Positions 29,881 to 40,302 of a stretch of 59,441 nucleotides of DNA are shown here, piece by piece. This stretch comes from Patescibacteria group bacterium (GTDB lineage Bacteria > Patescibacteriota > Patescibacteriia > UBA9570 > JAHJKD01), in the NCBI GenBank assembly GCA_043798935.1, contig JAZDOC010000010.1, positions 1 through 59,441 of the forward strand. Direction: 5' to 3'. The notes under the pieces were generated by a model that searched no databases, was not told where the DNA came from, and saw nothing but the letters and a program-made list of their open reading frames with translations. The first letter of the stretch is position 1; every line of letters begins with the position of its first letter. A program made the translations under genes and the position numbers.

Positions 29881-32115
29881 TTATTTCATTTTCGGCTTAT
29901 AAAACTTCATGGTTAAAGCGTTGGTAATTACACTTACTGAAGAGAACACCATGGCAAAAGCCGCAATAGCCGGATTCAACAACCAACCAATAAATGGATA
30001 CAATAAACCGGCCGCAATTGGAATACCGACTGAATTATAAATAAACGCCCAGAACAAGTTTTGTTTAATTTTCCGCAATGTGAACCGGCTAATATCTATG
30101 GCTAATACCACGTCACGCAAATCGTCTTTAATTAAAATAATTTCGCCAGTTTCCATGGCGACATCAGTTCCGGAACCAAGTGCAATGCCTAAATTAGCTT
30201 GGGCCAAAGCCGGGGCGTCGTTAATGCCATCACCAACCATAGCAACATTGTATCCATTTTCTTGAAGCCTTTTTATTTCGTCGGATTTTTCATGAGGCAA
30301 AACCTCTGCTAATACTGTATCAATGCCAACTTGCCGAGCAATAGCAGTAGCTACTTGCTTGTTATCGCCGGAAATCATGGCTGTTTTTTTTCCCATAGCG
30401 TGCAGTGCGCTGATCGCTTCCCGACTATTCACTTTCAAGGTATCGGCAATAGCAATTAGTCCTAAAACTTTCTTTTGATCAGCTAAAATTATTACAGTTT
30501 TTCCATTACGTTCCAGATTATTCATCCTGTCTTCAATATTTCTAATTTCTATATTTTGATCGCGCATTAATTTTCTAGTTCCTAAATATATTGTTTTGTT
30601 TTTATATTCTGCCACTACGCCCATGCCGGGAATCGCCTTAAATTTATTAACTTCAAATGCTGAAATTTTTCCTTCTATTGCTTTATGAACAACTGCTTGT
30701 GCCAAAGGATGCTCGGAATTTTTTTCCAAGCTAAGCGCATATCGCAAAATGTCTCTGGTTTTGTAGTCGTTTATTTCTATAACATCAGTCACTTCGGGCT
30801 CACCTTTAGTGAGCGTTCCGGTTTTATCAAAAACCACCATGTTCACTTGTTTAGCTTTTTCTAAAGCCGAACTGGTTTTAATTAAAATACCACGTTCGGC
30901 GGCTAAACCGGTCCCCATCATTACAGCGGTCGGAGTAGCCAGCCCTAAAGAACATGGGCAAGCAATAATTAGAACTGTTACAAAGATAACTAACGCGAAC
31001 ACAAATGATTGACCAGCTAGTAACCAAGCCACGAAAGCTGTAAGCGCAATAATCATTACGGCCGGTACAAAATAAAATGAAACTTTATCGGCTAATAATT
31101 GAATCGGGGCTTTAGAACCCATAGCTTCCTCGACAATTTTAATAATCTGAGCCAGCATTGTATCAACCCCAATTCGAGTGGCTTTAATTTTTAAGACTCC
31201 GGTTTTATTTATGGTAGCGCTAATTACTTTATCACCTAAATTTTTTTCTACCGGTATGCTCTCGCCAGTAATAGCTTTTTCATCGACAGCTGAATAGCCA
31301 TCCACAACTTTACCATCGACCGGAATTTTTTCTCCGGGTTTAATTATGATAATGTCGCCAACTACTACATCAGAAATCAGAACTTTAACCTCTTTATTAT
31401 CTCTGATTACAATCGCACTCTTTGGTTGCAAGCCAATTAATTTCTTTACGGCTTGTGATGTTCTGCCTTTGGTTATGCCTTCTAAATATTTCCCAAGTGA
31501 AATAAAGACTAAAATAAAAGCCGCGCTTTCATAATAAAGATGCGTCTGCACAATAGTTTCAGGTTTTATTAACAGCATAATTGAAATTACTAAACTATAA
31601 AAATATGCAGCTAATGTGCCGGTCTCAACCAAAGAATCCATGTTCGGATTTCTAGAAATTAATTTTTTCAAACCCGAAATATAAATATGCGAATTGATAA
31701 ACATAATAGCAGTAGTAATTCCAAACTGTATAAGTATATTAATTTTCAAGGGTAAATTTAAAGACGGCAAACCTATCATTTCACCCATGGTTAAATAAAA
31801 AATTGGTATCCCTAAAATTACAGACCAGAAAAATGTATTTCGTAATTTTTTTACAATCACATCTTGCTTATTATCTGCATCCGCTGTTATTCTCGACTCC
31901 ATGGTTTCCTCTGAGGCATTAAAATCTAACTTCTTAATCTGCTGTTTTATTTCTAAAATATTAATTATTTCAGGATCATATTCAATACTGGCTTTTTCCG
32001 ATGCAAAATTTACGTTTATAGTTTTAATGCCATCCTTTTTCTTCAATGTATTTTCGATATTCATCGCACATGAAGCACAGTGCATACCGTCTATTTTAAA
32101 AATTGTTTTTCTCAT
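29881..32115 (-). CDS. copA: Cu(I)-transporting P1B ATPase
   Basis: GMHCASC HMA domain, TGES, ACPCSLGLATP, DKTGT, SEHP, GDGINDAP, YN and MxxSS motifs. Confidence 0.96.
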   Translation of the reverse strand: MRKTIFKIDGMHCASCAMNIENTLKKKDGIKTINVNFASEKASIEYDPEIINILEIKQQIKKLDFNASEETMESRITADADNKQDVIVKKLRNTFFWSVILGIPIFYLTMGEMIGLPSLNLPLKINILIQFGITTAIMFINSHIYISGLKKLISRNPNMDSLVETGTLAAYFYSLVISIMLLIKPETIVQTHLYYESAAFILVFISLGKYLEGITKGRTSQAVKKLIGLQPKSAIVIRDNKEVKVLISDVVVGDIIIIKPGEKIPVDGKVVDGYSAVDEKAITGESIPVEKNLGDKVISATINKTGVLKIKATRIGVDTMLAQIIKIVEEAMGSKAPIQLLADKVSFYFVPAVMIIALTAFVAWLLAGQSFVFALVIFVTVLIIACPCSLGLATPTAVMMGTGLAAERGILIKTSSALEKAKQVNMVVFDKTGTLTKGEPEVTDVIEINDYKTRDILRYALSLEKNSEHPLAQAVVHKAIEGKISAFEVNKFKAIPGMGVVAEYKNKTIYLGTRKLMRDQNIEIRNIEDRMNNLERNGKTVIILADQKKVLGLIAIADTLKVNSREAISALHAMGKKTAMISGDNKQVATAIARQVGIDTVLAEVLPHEKSDEIKRLQENGYNVAMVGDGINDAPALAQANLGIALGSGTDVAMETGEIILIKDDLRDVVLAIDISRFTLRKIKQNLFWAFIYNSVGIPIAAGLLYPFIGWLLNPAIAAFAMVFSSVSVITNALTMKFYKPKMK

Positions 32116-32129
32116 AAATTTTTTATTAA

Positions 32130-33140
32130 TTACTCAACAATAAATTTACCCCACACCATTTTCATCCAGCAAGAAAATTTTATTTCGCCGGTTTTTGTAG
32201 GCGTAAATTCTATGATATTTTCACCAAGCTCTAATTTTTTATCAATATTATATTCAGGCATGATAATTTCATTGGTGCAACCAGACATTTGTTTAACATT
32301 AATAACCCAGTGTACTGGCTGGCTAACTTTAACGTGTAAAACATTGGGTTGATAGCCTTGATAAGTTAGATCCATGTTGGCAATTTGGTATTTTTTATCA
32401 TTATTATCTATTGCAGTTTGAGTTTCAGCAGATTTATTGTTTAAAGAAAAACCATTGAATCCATAGCCAAAATTCACTAAACCGCGATTAAACATAAAAA
32501 TACCTAAAACAACCACGATCACACCAGATAATTTCATTATTTTTTTAATATGATCTTTACTGATGAATGTAATAAAATTGCCAAAGCCAAACATTAAAGG
32601 AATTGTTCCTAATGAAAATGCGGCCATGGAAAAAGCACCTTGCAAAAAACTTCCCGATGCCAAGGCATAAAGCTGAATAGCTTGTAATGGTCCACAGGGC
32701 ATAAAACCATTTAACATACCGATAATAAATGGGGCTTTGGGTTTATTGCTACTTTGTGTTCTGTAAATATATTTAGCGATAAATAAGGGTGTTCTAAGCC
32801 TAATCCTTTTTAAAAACTTAAAATTGGTTAATAAAGATAGGCCCATTAAAACCATAAATATTGAGGCTAGTAATGTAATGATGCCGGTAAAAGCTGGGTT
32901 TACCCCAAAAAATGAACCAGAACCACCGAGAATGCCACCAATTGTTGTATAAGAAATTAATCTGCCAAAGTTGTATTGCCAATGAGCTTGGTATGGTTTA
33001 GAATTTTTATTTTTTACAGAATAAGCAATCACTAGGCCACCGCACATTCCAATACAGTGAAAACTGGATAATATGCCAATAAAAAATATCAATCCATATC
33101 CAATGTTTGTTTCATTTAATTTTGATAGTATTTCAAACAT
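32130..33140 (-). CDS. DsbD_2/sulfite-exporter-like membrane protein with a C-terminal cupredoxin domain
   Basis: HCIGMCGG, GRLISY, GFMPCG; cupredoxin GCTN...FSCWMKM. Confidence 0.85.
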   Translation of the reverse strand: MFEILSKLNETNIGYGLIFFIGILSSFHCIGMCGGLVIAYSVKNKNSKPYQAHWQYNFGRLISYTTIGGILGGSGSFFGVNPAFTGIITLLASIFMVLMGLSLLTNFKFLKRIRLRTPLFIAKYIYRTQSSNKPKAPFIIGMLNGFMPCGPLQAIQLYALASGSFLQGAFSMAAFSLGTIPLMFGFGNFITFISKDHIKKIMKLSGVIVVVLGIFMFNRGLVNFGYGFNGFSLNNKSAETQTAIDNNDKKYQIANMDLTYQGYQPNVLHVKVSQPVHWVINVKQMSGCTNEIIMPEYNIDKKLELGENIIEFTPTKTGEIKFSCWMKMVWGKFIVE

Positions 33141-33413
33141 TTATTTATTAGCCAGTTTATTAACTTTTAAAATTTCATCTATCATGGCTTGTTTTTTATC
33201 CTCATCCTTGCTGGCCATGGCATTTTTAAAGCAAGATTTTAAATGGCCATCAAGAAGGGATTGATGAGCAGATTTTAACATGCCGATAACTGCTAAGTTC
33301 TGCTGCATAATATCCACACAGTACTTATCTTCTGACGTCATTTTAATAATTTTGGCTAGCAAGCTACTGGCTTTTTTAAAATTAATCAGCGCTTTTTCTT
33401 TTTGTAATGACAT
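33141..33413 (-). CDS. csoR: CsoR/RcnR-family copper-sensing repressor
   Basis: YCVDIMQQ...HLKSC (C-H-C ligand set); first gene of the copA operon. Confidence 0.9.
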   Translation of the reverse strand: MSLQKEKALINFKKASSLLAKIIKMTSEDKYCVDIMQQNLAVIGMLKSAHQSLLDGHLKSCFKNAMASKDEDKKQAMIDEILKVNKLANK

Positions 33414-33435
33414 AAGGTTTGTTTTATTAATTATT

Positions 33436-33490
33436 TATACCTCTACCCCAGGTATAGGTATATATTATCCCCTGTTGAATAATATGTCAA
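33436..33490 (-). promoter_or_regulatory. csoR operon promoter with a CsoR-type operator
   Basis: Minus strand TTGACA-17-TAATAT (33490-33462), followed directly by the palindrome TATACCT-c-TAC-CCCAG-GTA-t-AGGTATA (33436-33462) with a central C/G tract. Confidence 0.75.
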
Positions 33491-33495
33491 ATCTC

Positions 33496-33527
33496 AAAAA
33501 AAAGGCGCGATTACGTAATCGCGCCTT
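33496..33527 (-). terminator. Intrinsic terminator (perfect 26-bp palindrome)
   Basis: AAGGCGCGATTACGTAATCGCGCCTT with an adjacent A-tract, downstream of 33550..34599. Confidence 0.8.
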
Positions 33528-33549
33528 CGATGAATTTTAACAATGTTTT

Positions 33550-34599
33550 CTATTCGCAGCTTCCGTTAGCGGCAGTTGCAGTAGCATCTAGAGTAGTATC
33601 GCATGCAGCCGGAGCAGTATTAAAGCCAGAGCAAATTCCTGCCTTATAGCCTTCAGCTGTACGATCGCCACTATATGTGGCGTCATTAATAACTAAAACT
33701 GGTGAACCTTGTACACCATATTTATCTCCAATAGCTACTTCAGAAGCTAATAATGTTTCGGCTTCATCTGTTTGGCAAGTTTTAATACGACTTACATTTA
33801 AACCAGCTGTGGTAGCCTGTGCTTCCCAGCAAGTGTCGGCATTTGAAGCGGAACAATTAGTATTAACTGCTTCCACAAAATCCCAATATTTATCAGCACC
33901 GTCGTATTTATATGCACATAATTCACGAACATCTTGATTTAACTCTTGGATACCGTGCATGGAACAATATTTATTTTCGGCATCTAAACAATAGTCTGAT
34001 CCACCGCCATTATAATTATCATATATTACATAATGTGGCTCGACATTAGCTTTATCACCTAATAAACCTACAGCTGGGATCATGGCCTCTTCAGCTTGAT
34101 TACCATATGGGCAGAAAGCCATGGTGAATAAATATGCAGTTACATCGTCTTGTTTTGGAATTTCTGTGGTAGCACTAGCTTGATCAGTGTTAGTATTATC
34201 GTTAACATTTGTTGCACTATCATCTTTCATGGGCATTCCTTCTGGATATAAAACACTACCATCAAGAGTCATGTAAGAATCAAATTCATTTCCAGCTAAA
34301 GAAACTTTAAATTTATACAAACCATTTTCGATAACAAAATCGCTTAATTCGGCTGTAGCTTGGCCAGCTAAAAGAGTATCATTTATATAAGCAGTGGCTT
34401 GAGTGTCAGCATCGTCAGCTGAAATTTTGCTACTCCAAATTAATGCTCCTCCCGGTAAAGACAAGGTGCTTTTGGTAGCTAAAATACCAAAGATAACAAT
34501 CATTATAATGGCTAATACCCCGGCTACGAGCCATCCGATTGAGATAACAGATCCGTTACAGCACTTCTTAGCAACGGTTGTTTTTTCCATTTCTTCCAT
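33550..34599 (-). CDS. Membrane-anchored thioredoxin-fold (DsbA/GILT-like) Cys-rich protein
   Basis: N-terminal TM helix, AFCPYG, SMHG, GVQGSP cis-Pro, many paired Cys. Confidence 0.75.
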   Translation of the reverse strand: MEEMEKTTVAKKCCNGSVISIGWLVAGVLAIIMIVIFGILATKSTLSLPGGALIWSSKISADDADTQATAYINDTLLAGQATAELSDFVIENGLYKFKVSLAGNEFDSYMTLDGSVLYPEGMPMKDDSATNVNDNTNTDQASATTEIPKQDDVTAYLFTMAFCPYGNQAEEAMIPAVGLLGDKANVEPHYVIYDNYNGGGSDYCLDAENKYCSMHGIQELNQDVRELCAYKYDGADKYWDFVEAVNTNCSASNADTCWEAQATTAGLNVSRIKTCQTDEAETLLASEVAIGDKYGVQGSPVLVINDATYSGDRTAEGYKAGICSGFNTAPAACDTTLDATATAANGSCE

Positions 34600-34665
34600 A
34601 AGAATATTTGAATTATTAATTATTTACATTAAACAGATTATCAAAATATAATTTTTTCGTCAATA

Positions 34666-35622
34666 TTAACCACGAATAATTAAAAAAACTATATATACAA
34701 AATAACCAACAATAAATAAGCTGCCTTGCCAGCGATTCATTAAATGTTTAGTGCCAATAAACATAAAACTGAACAACATGACTGTACCAATAATTAAAAT
34801 CATGATGTCAGTATTTAGAACAACATTAAAAATAATAGGATTAATAATTGAACTAATACCTAATATCCAAAACAAATTAAAAATGTTAGAACCAACCACA
34901 TTACCAACAGCGATATCAGCATTATGTTTATACGCAGCCATGGCCGATGCGGCTAATTCTGGCAAAGATGTTCCAACCGCAATAATAGTTAAACCAATTA
35001 AGGCTTCAGATAAACCAAATTTTATAGCAAAAAATACCGCACCATTAACTATCCATTGACCACCTAAATATAACCCTAAAATACCAATACTAATCATTAT
35101 TAATGATTTAATTACTGGCTCATGTTTGATTTGTTCATTGTCTTGTCCTTCAACCTTGGCAATGCCAAAAGTATAGTAAAGAAAAATTATAAAAAATAAT
35201 AGCAACACAAAACCATCAATACGCGATAGCATTGATGGATCTATTTTATCAATCAGTTGATCATTTAATAACAGCCCGACTACTATTATGGCTAATAAAC
35301 TTAATGGGATTTCTTTCCAAGTAGTCCCATGTTTCACTTTGAGCGGATAAATGACTGCTGCAAGGCCTAAAATTAGTAATAAATTAGCAATATTACTACC
35401 AATAATATTACCAATAGCAATATCAGCACTACCTTTAAAACTGGCCATTATATTTACTAAAAGCTCGGGAGCGCTAGTACCAAAAGAAACAATGGTTAAA
35501 CCAATTACTAAATTAGAAATTTTGAATTTTTTAGCGATAGCTGAAGATCCATCAACTAATAAATCAGCTCCTTTGATAAGAAAAATGAATCCAATTATGA
35601 AGAGAAAAATATTTAACCACAT
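34666..35622 (-). CDS. Calcium/sodium antiporter (CaCA, YrbG-like)
   Basis: Two alpha repeats GTSAPE..GNIIGSNIAN and GTSLPE..GNVVGSNIFN. Confidence 0.93.
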   Translation of the reverse strand: MWLNIFLFIIGFIFLIKGADLLVDGSSAIAKKFKISNLVIGLTIVSFGTSAPELLVNIMASFKGSADIAIGNIIGSNIANLLLILGLAAVIYPLKVKHGTTWKEIPLSLLAIIVVGLLLNDQLIDKIDPSMLSRIDGFVLLLFFIIFLYYTFGIAKVEGQDNEQIKHEPVIKSLIMISIGILGLYLGGQWIVNGAVFFAIKFGLSEALIGLTIIAVGTSLPELAASAMAAYKHNADIAVGNVVGSNIFNLFWILGISSIINPIIFNVVLNTDIMILIIGTVMLFSFMFIGTKHLMNRWQGSLFIVGYFVYIVFLIIRG

Positions 35623-35658
35623 AGCTTTTATTAGCTTATAATATTTTAAATTATTTGT

Positions 35659-36168
35659 CTATTGTTTAATTTCGTATAAATATAAAGCGCACTTTTTGTC
35701 AATTTTATCAATTTTTACTGGCGTCCATTCTTTAATGGGCCACACATAAGCAACAACCCTAGCGCCGGGTTTTAATTCTTGCTTGAATTTCTGCATTATA
35801 TGCTGATAGTGCTTAGGCATAAGAAAGAAATAGACCACATCAGCTTGAGAAAGATCAGTTTTAAAAAGATTTTGACATTTTATCTTGGTATTTGGCCGAC
35901 TAAGATTTCTAATTACTGCTATTAAATACTGAAAAAAAGACAACTCTATACCAATGCTTTTAGCGCCACGATCTGCAGCAGCAGCCACCAAGCGGCCATC
36001 GCCACAGCCTAAATCATAAAAAACTTCGCCGGGTTTAATGTTGGCTAATTTAATAGCCCGCTCCACATCGTGTTTAACAGTCGGAACCCACGGCGCACCT
36101 TTAAGAGAAGCGTAAGCGGCTGAAGTTAATATTATTATAACAAATATTAATACGAAATCGAATAACAT
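35659..36168 (-). CDS. Small membrane-anchored class I SAM methyltransferase
   Basis: GAPWVPT, FYDLGCGDGR, GIE, ELKPGARV. Confidence 0.88.
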   Translation of the reverse strand: MLFDFVLIFVIIILTSAAYASLKGAPWVPTVKHDVERAIKLANIKPGEVFYDLGCGDGRLVAAAADRGAKSIGIELSFFQYLIAVIRNLSRPNTKIKCQNLFKTDLSQADVVYFFLMPKHYQHIMQKFKQELKPGARVVAYVWPIKEWTPVKIDKIDKKCALYLYEIKQ

Positions 36169-36180
36169 TTTATTTCTAGC

Positions 36181-36209
36181 AATAACCCCCGGCAGAACCG
36201 GGGGTTATT
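36181..36209 (-). terminator. Hairpin terminator after hup
   Basis: AATAACCCCCGG-CAGAA-CCGGGGGTTATT. Confidence 0.75.
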
Positions 36210-36231
36210 ATTTATTACATTGTTTATATTT

Positions 36232-36513
36232 CTATAAAATTGCGTCTTTTACTGCTTTAGCAACACGGAATTTTACAACGGTTTTAGCAGGAATTTGAAT
36301 GGTTGCACCAGTGGCAGGGTTTCTACCTTGGCGAGCTTTGCGTTGTTTTTTAACTAATTTACCAATACCCGGTAAAGTGAATTCGCCGCTTTTTTTGGTT
36401 TCAGCATAAGCCATTGCTACAACTGCATCCCAAAATTCATTCATTTGCTTTTTTGACATGTCTGCTTTTTCGGCCAAAGCAGCCATGACTTGTGATTTTG
36501 TCATTTTAGCCAT
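36232..36513 (-). CDS. hup: HU family DNA-binding protein
   Basis: MTKSQ, PGIGK, RKARQGRNPATG, IPAK..VKFR. Confidence 0.95.
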   Translation of the reverse strand: MAKMTKSQVMAALAEKADMSKKQMNEFWDAVVAMAYAETKKSGEFTLPGIGKLVKKQRKARQGRNPATGATIQIPAKTVVKFRVAKAVKDAIL

Positions 36514-36603
36514 AATTTTTTTATAATTTTTAATTATTAGGCTGGGTATATCTTACACTAAATTTTAAAAAACGCCAAGTTTTTTAACAAAAACAGTGGA
36601 AAA

Positions 36604-38889
36604 CTATTTAGTCACTTTGATATAAATTCTTTTTGAATTGTAAGAAGATGTACCATAAGTACTTCTTAAATTTGTGGTTTGCGGTGTCCAAGATACCTTA
36701 TAATATGTGCTTTTTCTAGGACGGACTTTAAAAACCACTTTACCCTGTTTGTTGGTTTTGGCTTTTTTCACTAATTTCCACGCACCATTCTTTTTAAACT
36801 TCTTATATAAACGTACTTTGCTTAATTTTTTCTGACTAATTCTGCCTTTTGTGGATGCATCTTTAATATATGAAGTGATGTTCACTTTTTTAACACGCGT
36901 TTTCTTAATTTTTGTTTTGGCGGCTTTTATTGTAATTTTTAATTTTGATTGCAAGCTATAAATACCAGTGCTGGTTCCGGAAACTAATCCTAAGGAACTA
37001 TTTATACTGGCTACTTTATAACTGAGACTTGTTGAATAAGAAGCAGTAGTACCGGAAATCTGCATGGTCGTAAACTCTTCATCGGTTAAGCCTGTATAAT
37101 ATAAACTCCAAGTATCTCCTTGATCTGTGGTTTTATAAATATAACCAGGACTAGCTGGACGGCCCGTAGAAGCATAGATTACGTTACTATCAACGCGATC
37201 ATTGATAATGGAATGATAGTTTGCGTGATCGGGCAAACCATTAGTTTCATTAAGCGCTTCCCAAGTTTCGCCATTATCACTGGAACGAAAAATGTAAGAA
37301 ACTTCGCCGGTTCCGGTTGTGGCAAAAAGAACGCCGCCAATATTTATTACTTTGGAAATTAAATAATCGCTCACATCGCCGCTTAGCTGCGCCCACGAAC
37401 CATCACTATATTTATAAACGCCCAGCATTTCAGAAGAAGTGTTGTTTTCATGCCCCACGCCGACATACAAATCGCCATTGCCATCATAAGTTAAAGAGTT
37501 AACAGGCACGCCGCTTAAACCGGCATCAGTCCAGGTTAAGCCATTATCAACGCTTTGCATTACTCCACCATCGTCGTTTGAAGCATAAGTTAAATATAAA
37601 GTATTATTATATTCCAAAAAACTAGTACCTTGCCCAGTTATGGTTTGTACTTCTGTCCAATTATTTCCACCATCTGCAGAATACTCAATTTTCTGATTAT
37701 CACTAATAATCACATAATTTGTATCGTCTGGATCTGCCCACACTGCTGTGGCTCCGCATTCGTAAATGGGATATTGCCAGGTAGGGTTAGCAGCTGTAAA
37801 ATCTTCGGTTTTAGCAATACCGGCTTGAACTGCTAAATAAACAATGTTTGGATCTGAAGTTTGTGCCATGGCAAAAACTTCCACACCGTTTAAACCACTT
37901 AGAAAAGATTCCCAATTGCTACCGCCATCTACAGTCTTACTGATACCGACACTTGCGTTGGCATAAATTTTGTTATTGTCGTTTGGATCAATTGCCATCA
38001 CGCTTCCGCCGACTCCGGCACTACTTTCAATTTGGCCCCATGTTTCTCCTAAATCATCAGTATAATTTAAACCAATATAAACTCGGTCGCCAATAATTAA
38101 TAATTCTCCGTCGTAATAAAAACCATCAGAGACAGACATTTCAGAAAATGTAGCTCCGCCGTCTAGCGAGTATTTAATTTCTGAAGCACCTTTTGCTATT
38201 ACAAATTCTGGGTCCGTATCACTAGCTACTATTTGAACATTTCCGCCTAAACCAGAAACTGTTTCTTCACTATCTATCCAATTCTCACCGCCATCACTTG
38301 AATAATAAATCTGATATACTCCATCGGTTGCGGTGGCAGTTAAAACATAAAGATGGTTGCTATCGCCAATACTTAAACCTAAATAGGAATGAACATCTTC
38401 ACTAACTGATGAACTGGAAAAAGTTTCGCCTTCATCAGTGCTTAGGGCTATGGTGCCATTACGCATGGCAACCATTAGTAATCCATCTTGACAATCCAAT
38501 TTGGATGATACATCTATTGCGCCATCAAGTACTTGCCAAGTTGATCCATTGTTTTGAGAGCGAAAAACGCTAATACCACCAATTACAAACACATTGCCGT
38601 CACATAATACAATATCAGCTACTTCGCCTACATCTACGCTAGCAGGTACTGCATTCCAGGTAATACCGTCAGTCGAGTTAAACAATCCATTAGATGATAA
38701 CAATCCAGACCAAACCGTACCGTCTACACCTACCTCGATGTCGTGAACGTAACCACCTTCTAGTTGTAAACTGTTTCTTTCGGCCGTAACTTGCTCTTGT
38801 TCAAAGGCTGAATCAGCCATAACTGCCGTTGTCGCACATAGCAACATAACGCTAAAAATAGCGCTTAATTTAATAATTTTCCTCCACAT
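36604..38889 (-). CDS. Secreted BNR/Asp-box beta-propeller protein with a Lys-rich C-terminal domain
   Basis: Signal peptide; many (S/T)xDxGxxW Asp boxes; strongly basic last ~115 aa. Confidence 0.85.
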   Translation of the reverse strand: MWRKIIKLSAIFSVMLLCATTAVMADSAFEQEQVTAERNSLQLEGGYVHDIEVGVDGTVWSGLLSSNGLFNSTDGITWNAVPASVDVGEVADIVLCDGNVFVIGGISVFRSQNNGSTWQVLDGAIDVSSKLDCQDGLLMVAMRNGTIALSTDEGETFSSSSVSEDVHSYLGLSIGDSNHLYVLTATATDGVYQIYYSSDGGENWIDSEETVSGLGGNVQIVASDTDPEFVIAKGASEIKYSLDGGATFSEMSVSDGFYYDGELLIIGDRVYIGLNYTDDLGETWGQIESSAGVGGSVMAIDPNDNNKIYANASVGISKTVDGGSNWESFLSGLNGVEVFAMAQTSDPNIVYLAVQAGIAKTEDFTAANPTWQYPIYECGATAVWADPDDTNYVIISDNQKIEYSADGGNNWTEVQTITGQGTSFLEYNNTLYLTYASNDDGGVMQSVDNGLTWTDAGLSGVPVNSLTYDGNGDLYVGVGHENNTSSEMLGVYKYSDGSWAQLSGDVSDYLISKVINIGGVLFATTGTGEVSYIFRSSDNGETWEALNETNGLPDHANYHSIINDRVDSNVIYASTGRPASPGYIYKTTDQGDTWSLYYTGLTDEEFTTMQISGTTASYSTSLSYKVASINSSLGLVSGTSTGIYSLQSKLKITIKAAKTKIKKTRVKKVNITSYIKDASTKGRISQKKLSKVRLYKKFKKNGAWKLVKKAKTNKQGKVVFKVRPRKSTYYKVSWTPQTTNLRSTYGTSSYNSKRIYIKVTK

Positions 38890-38958
38890 GATGATTATAA
38901 TTTAATAATTATATGTTTATATAAAAAGTATAACAAATAATAAAATATCGTGCCATGT

Positions 38959-40110
38959 TTATTGTGACTTTAACTGAATTACAGCTATTTCAGATTTAGT
39001 GCCAATTCTAAGCGGTGGGCCCCATGTGCCAGTTCCACTAGAAATATATATTTGAAAATCACCCTGTTGGTGTAGGCCGTAATCATAATTTTTAAAAATC
39101 TTTTTCGTTAATAAATTAAACGGAAAAAATTGCCCGGCATGAGTATGCCCTGACAATTGTAAATCAATGCCCATCTCTATGGCTTTATCAAAAATCACAT
39201 CGGGTTGCCAATAAATATTTGCTTGATGACTAACAGTACTAGTAGCGTTTAGATTTATATCAGTCGGCATGTGTTGCAAAAAAACACTGGGCTGATTTAA
39301 ATCTAAATTTTTAATATCTGCATTGTTATTATAAGCCAAGCCCACTAATTGCAATCCGTTAATATTAACTACTTCATTATTTAAAATTTTTATATTTGCT
39401 TTTTTTATAATATTTAACGGCTCTTGCATGCCCAAATATTCTTCATGATTTCCGGCCACAAAATATATTCCCTGTTTAGCTTTAAAACTACTTAGGCCAA
39501 AAATAAATGGCTCGAGCTTACCGTCCATACCGTCAAACATATCACCGGTAATAACTATTACATCAGGATTCAGTTCATTAACTTGTTTCACAATTTTATT
39601 TAAAAATGCCGGCCGATGAATAGCACCTAAATGCACATCTGATAATTGGACAATTGTTTTATCTTGCCAGCTGTCCGGAAGATTTTTAATTCTAACATCG
39701 ATTTTATTTAACTGCGGATTAAACGTCTCATAAATTCCATAAAAACTGATGATCAAACAAATTCCATATACAATCGTATTTACAATCACCATGTTTAAAT
39801 CCAAATTTAATAATTTCCCAACAAAATATATGACCCAGATTAAAACCAAGCTCATTAATACATAAAAGAACAAGCCCATCCAATAAGCACCGAGAAAATA
39901 CAAACTACGAGTAATAATATTATCATGAATTTTTAACATAATTACTGTAATAACAAAACTTAAAGCTAAAATAATTAATACAGCCAAAATAGACGTTTTA
40001 AACGGACCAGATAAAATATTAAAAAACTTAATTATAGAATAATAAATCCAATAATTGCCTAAAATCAATGAAATTATGGTTATAATAAAAATAAATATTA
40101 ATTTAAGCAT
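38959..40110 (-). CDS. Membrane-bound metallophosphoesterase (YkuE-like)
   Basis: N-terminal TMs; LSDVH, TGD, GNHE, H, SGHTHAGQ, GPPLR. Confidence 0.92.
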   Translation of the reverse strand: MLKLIFIFIITIISLILGNYWIYYSIIKFFNILSGPFKTSILAVLIILALSFVITVIMLKIHDNIITRSLYFLGAYWMGLFFYVLMSLVLIWVIYFVGKLLNLDLNMVIVNTIVYGICLIISFYGIYETFNPQLNKIDVRIKNLPDSWQDKTIVQLSDVHLGAIHRPAFLNKIVKQVNELNPDVIVITGDMFDGMDGKLEPFIFGLSSFKAKQGIYFVAGNHEEYLGMQEPLNIIKKANIKILNNEVVNINGLQLVGLAYNNNADIKNLDLNQPSVFLQHMPTDINLNATSTVSHQANIYWQPDVIFDKAIEMGIDLQLSGHTHAGQFFPFNLLTKKIFKNYDYGLHQQGDFQIYISSGTGTWGPPLRIGTKSEIAVIQLKSQ

Positions 40111-40175
40111 AGATTCTGTTGATCGTTAATCTTGTGCCAGCTAGAGTGATAATAAATTTTAATAACCCAGGCAAG

Positions 40176-40237
40176 CCCTTCGACAATGCTCAGGACGAGC
40201 TAGGTCATAACTCATTAATAATCAGCATGTTATGACC
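40176..40237. repeat. REP-like unit plus an inverted repeat in a divergent intergenic region
   Basis: CCCTTCGACAATGCTCAGGAC (40176-40196); GGTCATAAC...GTTATGACC (40203-40237). Confidence 0.5.
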
Positions 40238-40302
40238 GACCTTGTGTCAGTCAGCCGTGTCTTATATAATGATTATAACATAAATATTTAATTGCAAAAT
40301 AT

